From IMG/VR virus record IMGVR_UViG_3300021387_000484, positions 1-64,000 of that record: a stretch of 64,000 nt of DNA; one strand, written 5' to 3'. Within the stretch, counting starts at the first letter, position 1; every line of letters begins with the position of its first letter. The position numbers were made by a program, and so were the translations under genes. This stretch comes from a virus (lineage: Duplodnaviria > Caudoviricetes). Under the pieces are notes generated by a model that searched no databases, had not been told where the DNA came from, and was given only the letters and a program-made list of their open reading frames with translations. This document shows positions 63,748 to 64,000 of this stretch, in pieces.

Positions 63748-64000
63748 ACGAAATCACCATGGGCGGTTCCTTGCCGCCTCCCACGTACCGGACCACTCTC
63801 CCTCCTGCTTCCTTCACATACAGCTCCGGGGCAAAGAACATGTCCATGTACTTCTTTGCAAGGTCGTCAGGGATGTCCTCGAAATCCTCCGCGCCGACCC
63901 CGCAGATGAAGAAGGTCCCGTAGATAATGTCGTAGATGCGCCCGTCCTTGGTCTTTAAGGCGCGGTTCGGCATCTTATAGAACTTCCCCTCGTCGTCGCA
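63734..64000 (-). CDS. DUF3846-like protein (5' end truncated by window edge)
   Basis: CDDEGK..PNRAL..DIIYGTFFICG..DF. Confidence 0.6.
   Translation of the reverse strand, partial: CDDEGKFYKMPNRALKTKDGRIYDIIYGTFFICGVGAEDFEDIPDDLAKKYMDMFFAPELYVKEAGGRVVRYVGGGKEPPMVISYDYR

Overview
This window is the late (morphogenesis and lysis) region of a large, probably temperate, long-tailed phage or prophage of a Firmicutes (Clostridia-like) host. Essentially all real genes are on the minus strand. Read in the transcription direction (right to left) the order is: small hypothetical genes (64000-62149); a lysis cassette with a GH114-like glycosidase, CHAP/CW_7/MBL hydrolase, membrane protein, holin and GH25+NlpC/P60 endolysin (62011-57160); a free-standing intein-derived LAGLIDADG gene; a few accessory genes; TerS; and TerL carrying a class-3-type intein. 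Next comes an unusual ~27 kb stretch (51.1-23.5 kb) holding the portal and MuF genes plus about a dozen modular proteins. These share a basic leader helix ending in R-x-D, followed by one of two tags (GGxGSGNWGHxGRPGxxGGS or WITxxGxHxxL), and carry swappable enzymatic payloads: ADP-ribosyltransferases, JAB and zincin proteases, a zeta-type kinase, NUDIX, ParB-like and RNase-like domains. Small candidate immunity genes are interleaved, several with their own sigma-A-type promoters and terminators. The window ends with the DUF2213 protease/scaffold, cement, DUF2184 capsid, neck, tail tube, chaperones, a 1824-aa tape measure, tail tip genes and a >1727-aa tail adhesin truncated at the left edge and missing from the ORF track. 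The strongest candidate novel system is a tag-addressed, protease-processed effector cargo array loaded into the phage head. All domain calls are made by eye from motifs; no searches were run.
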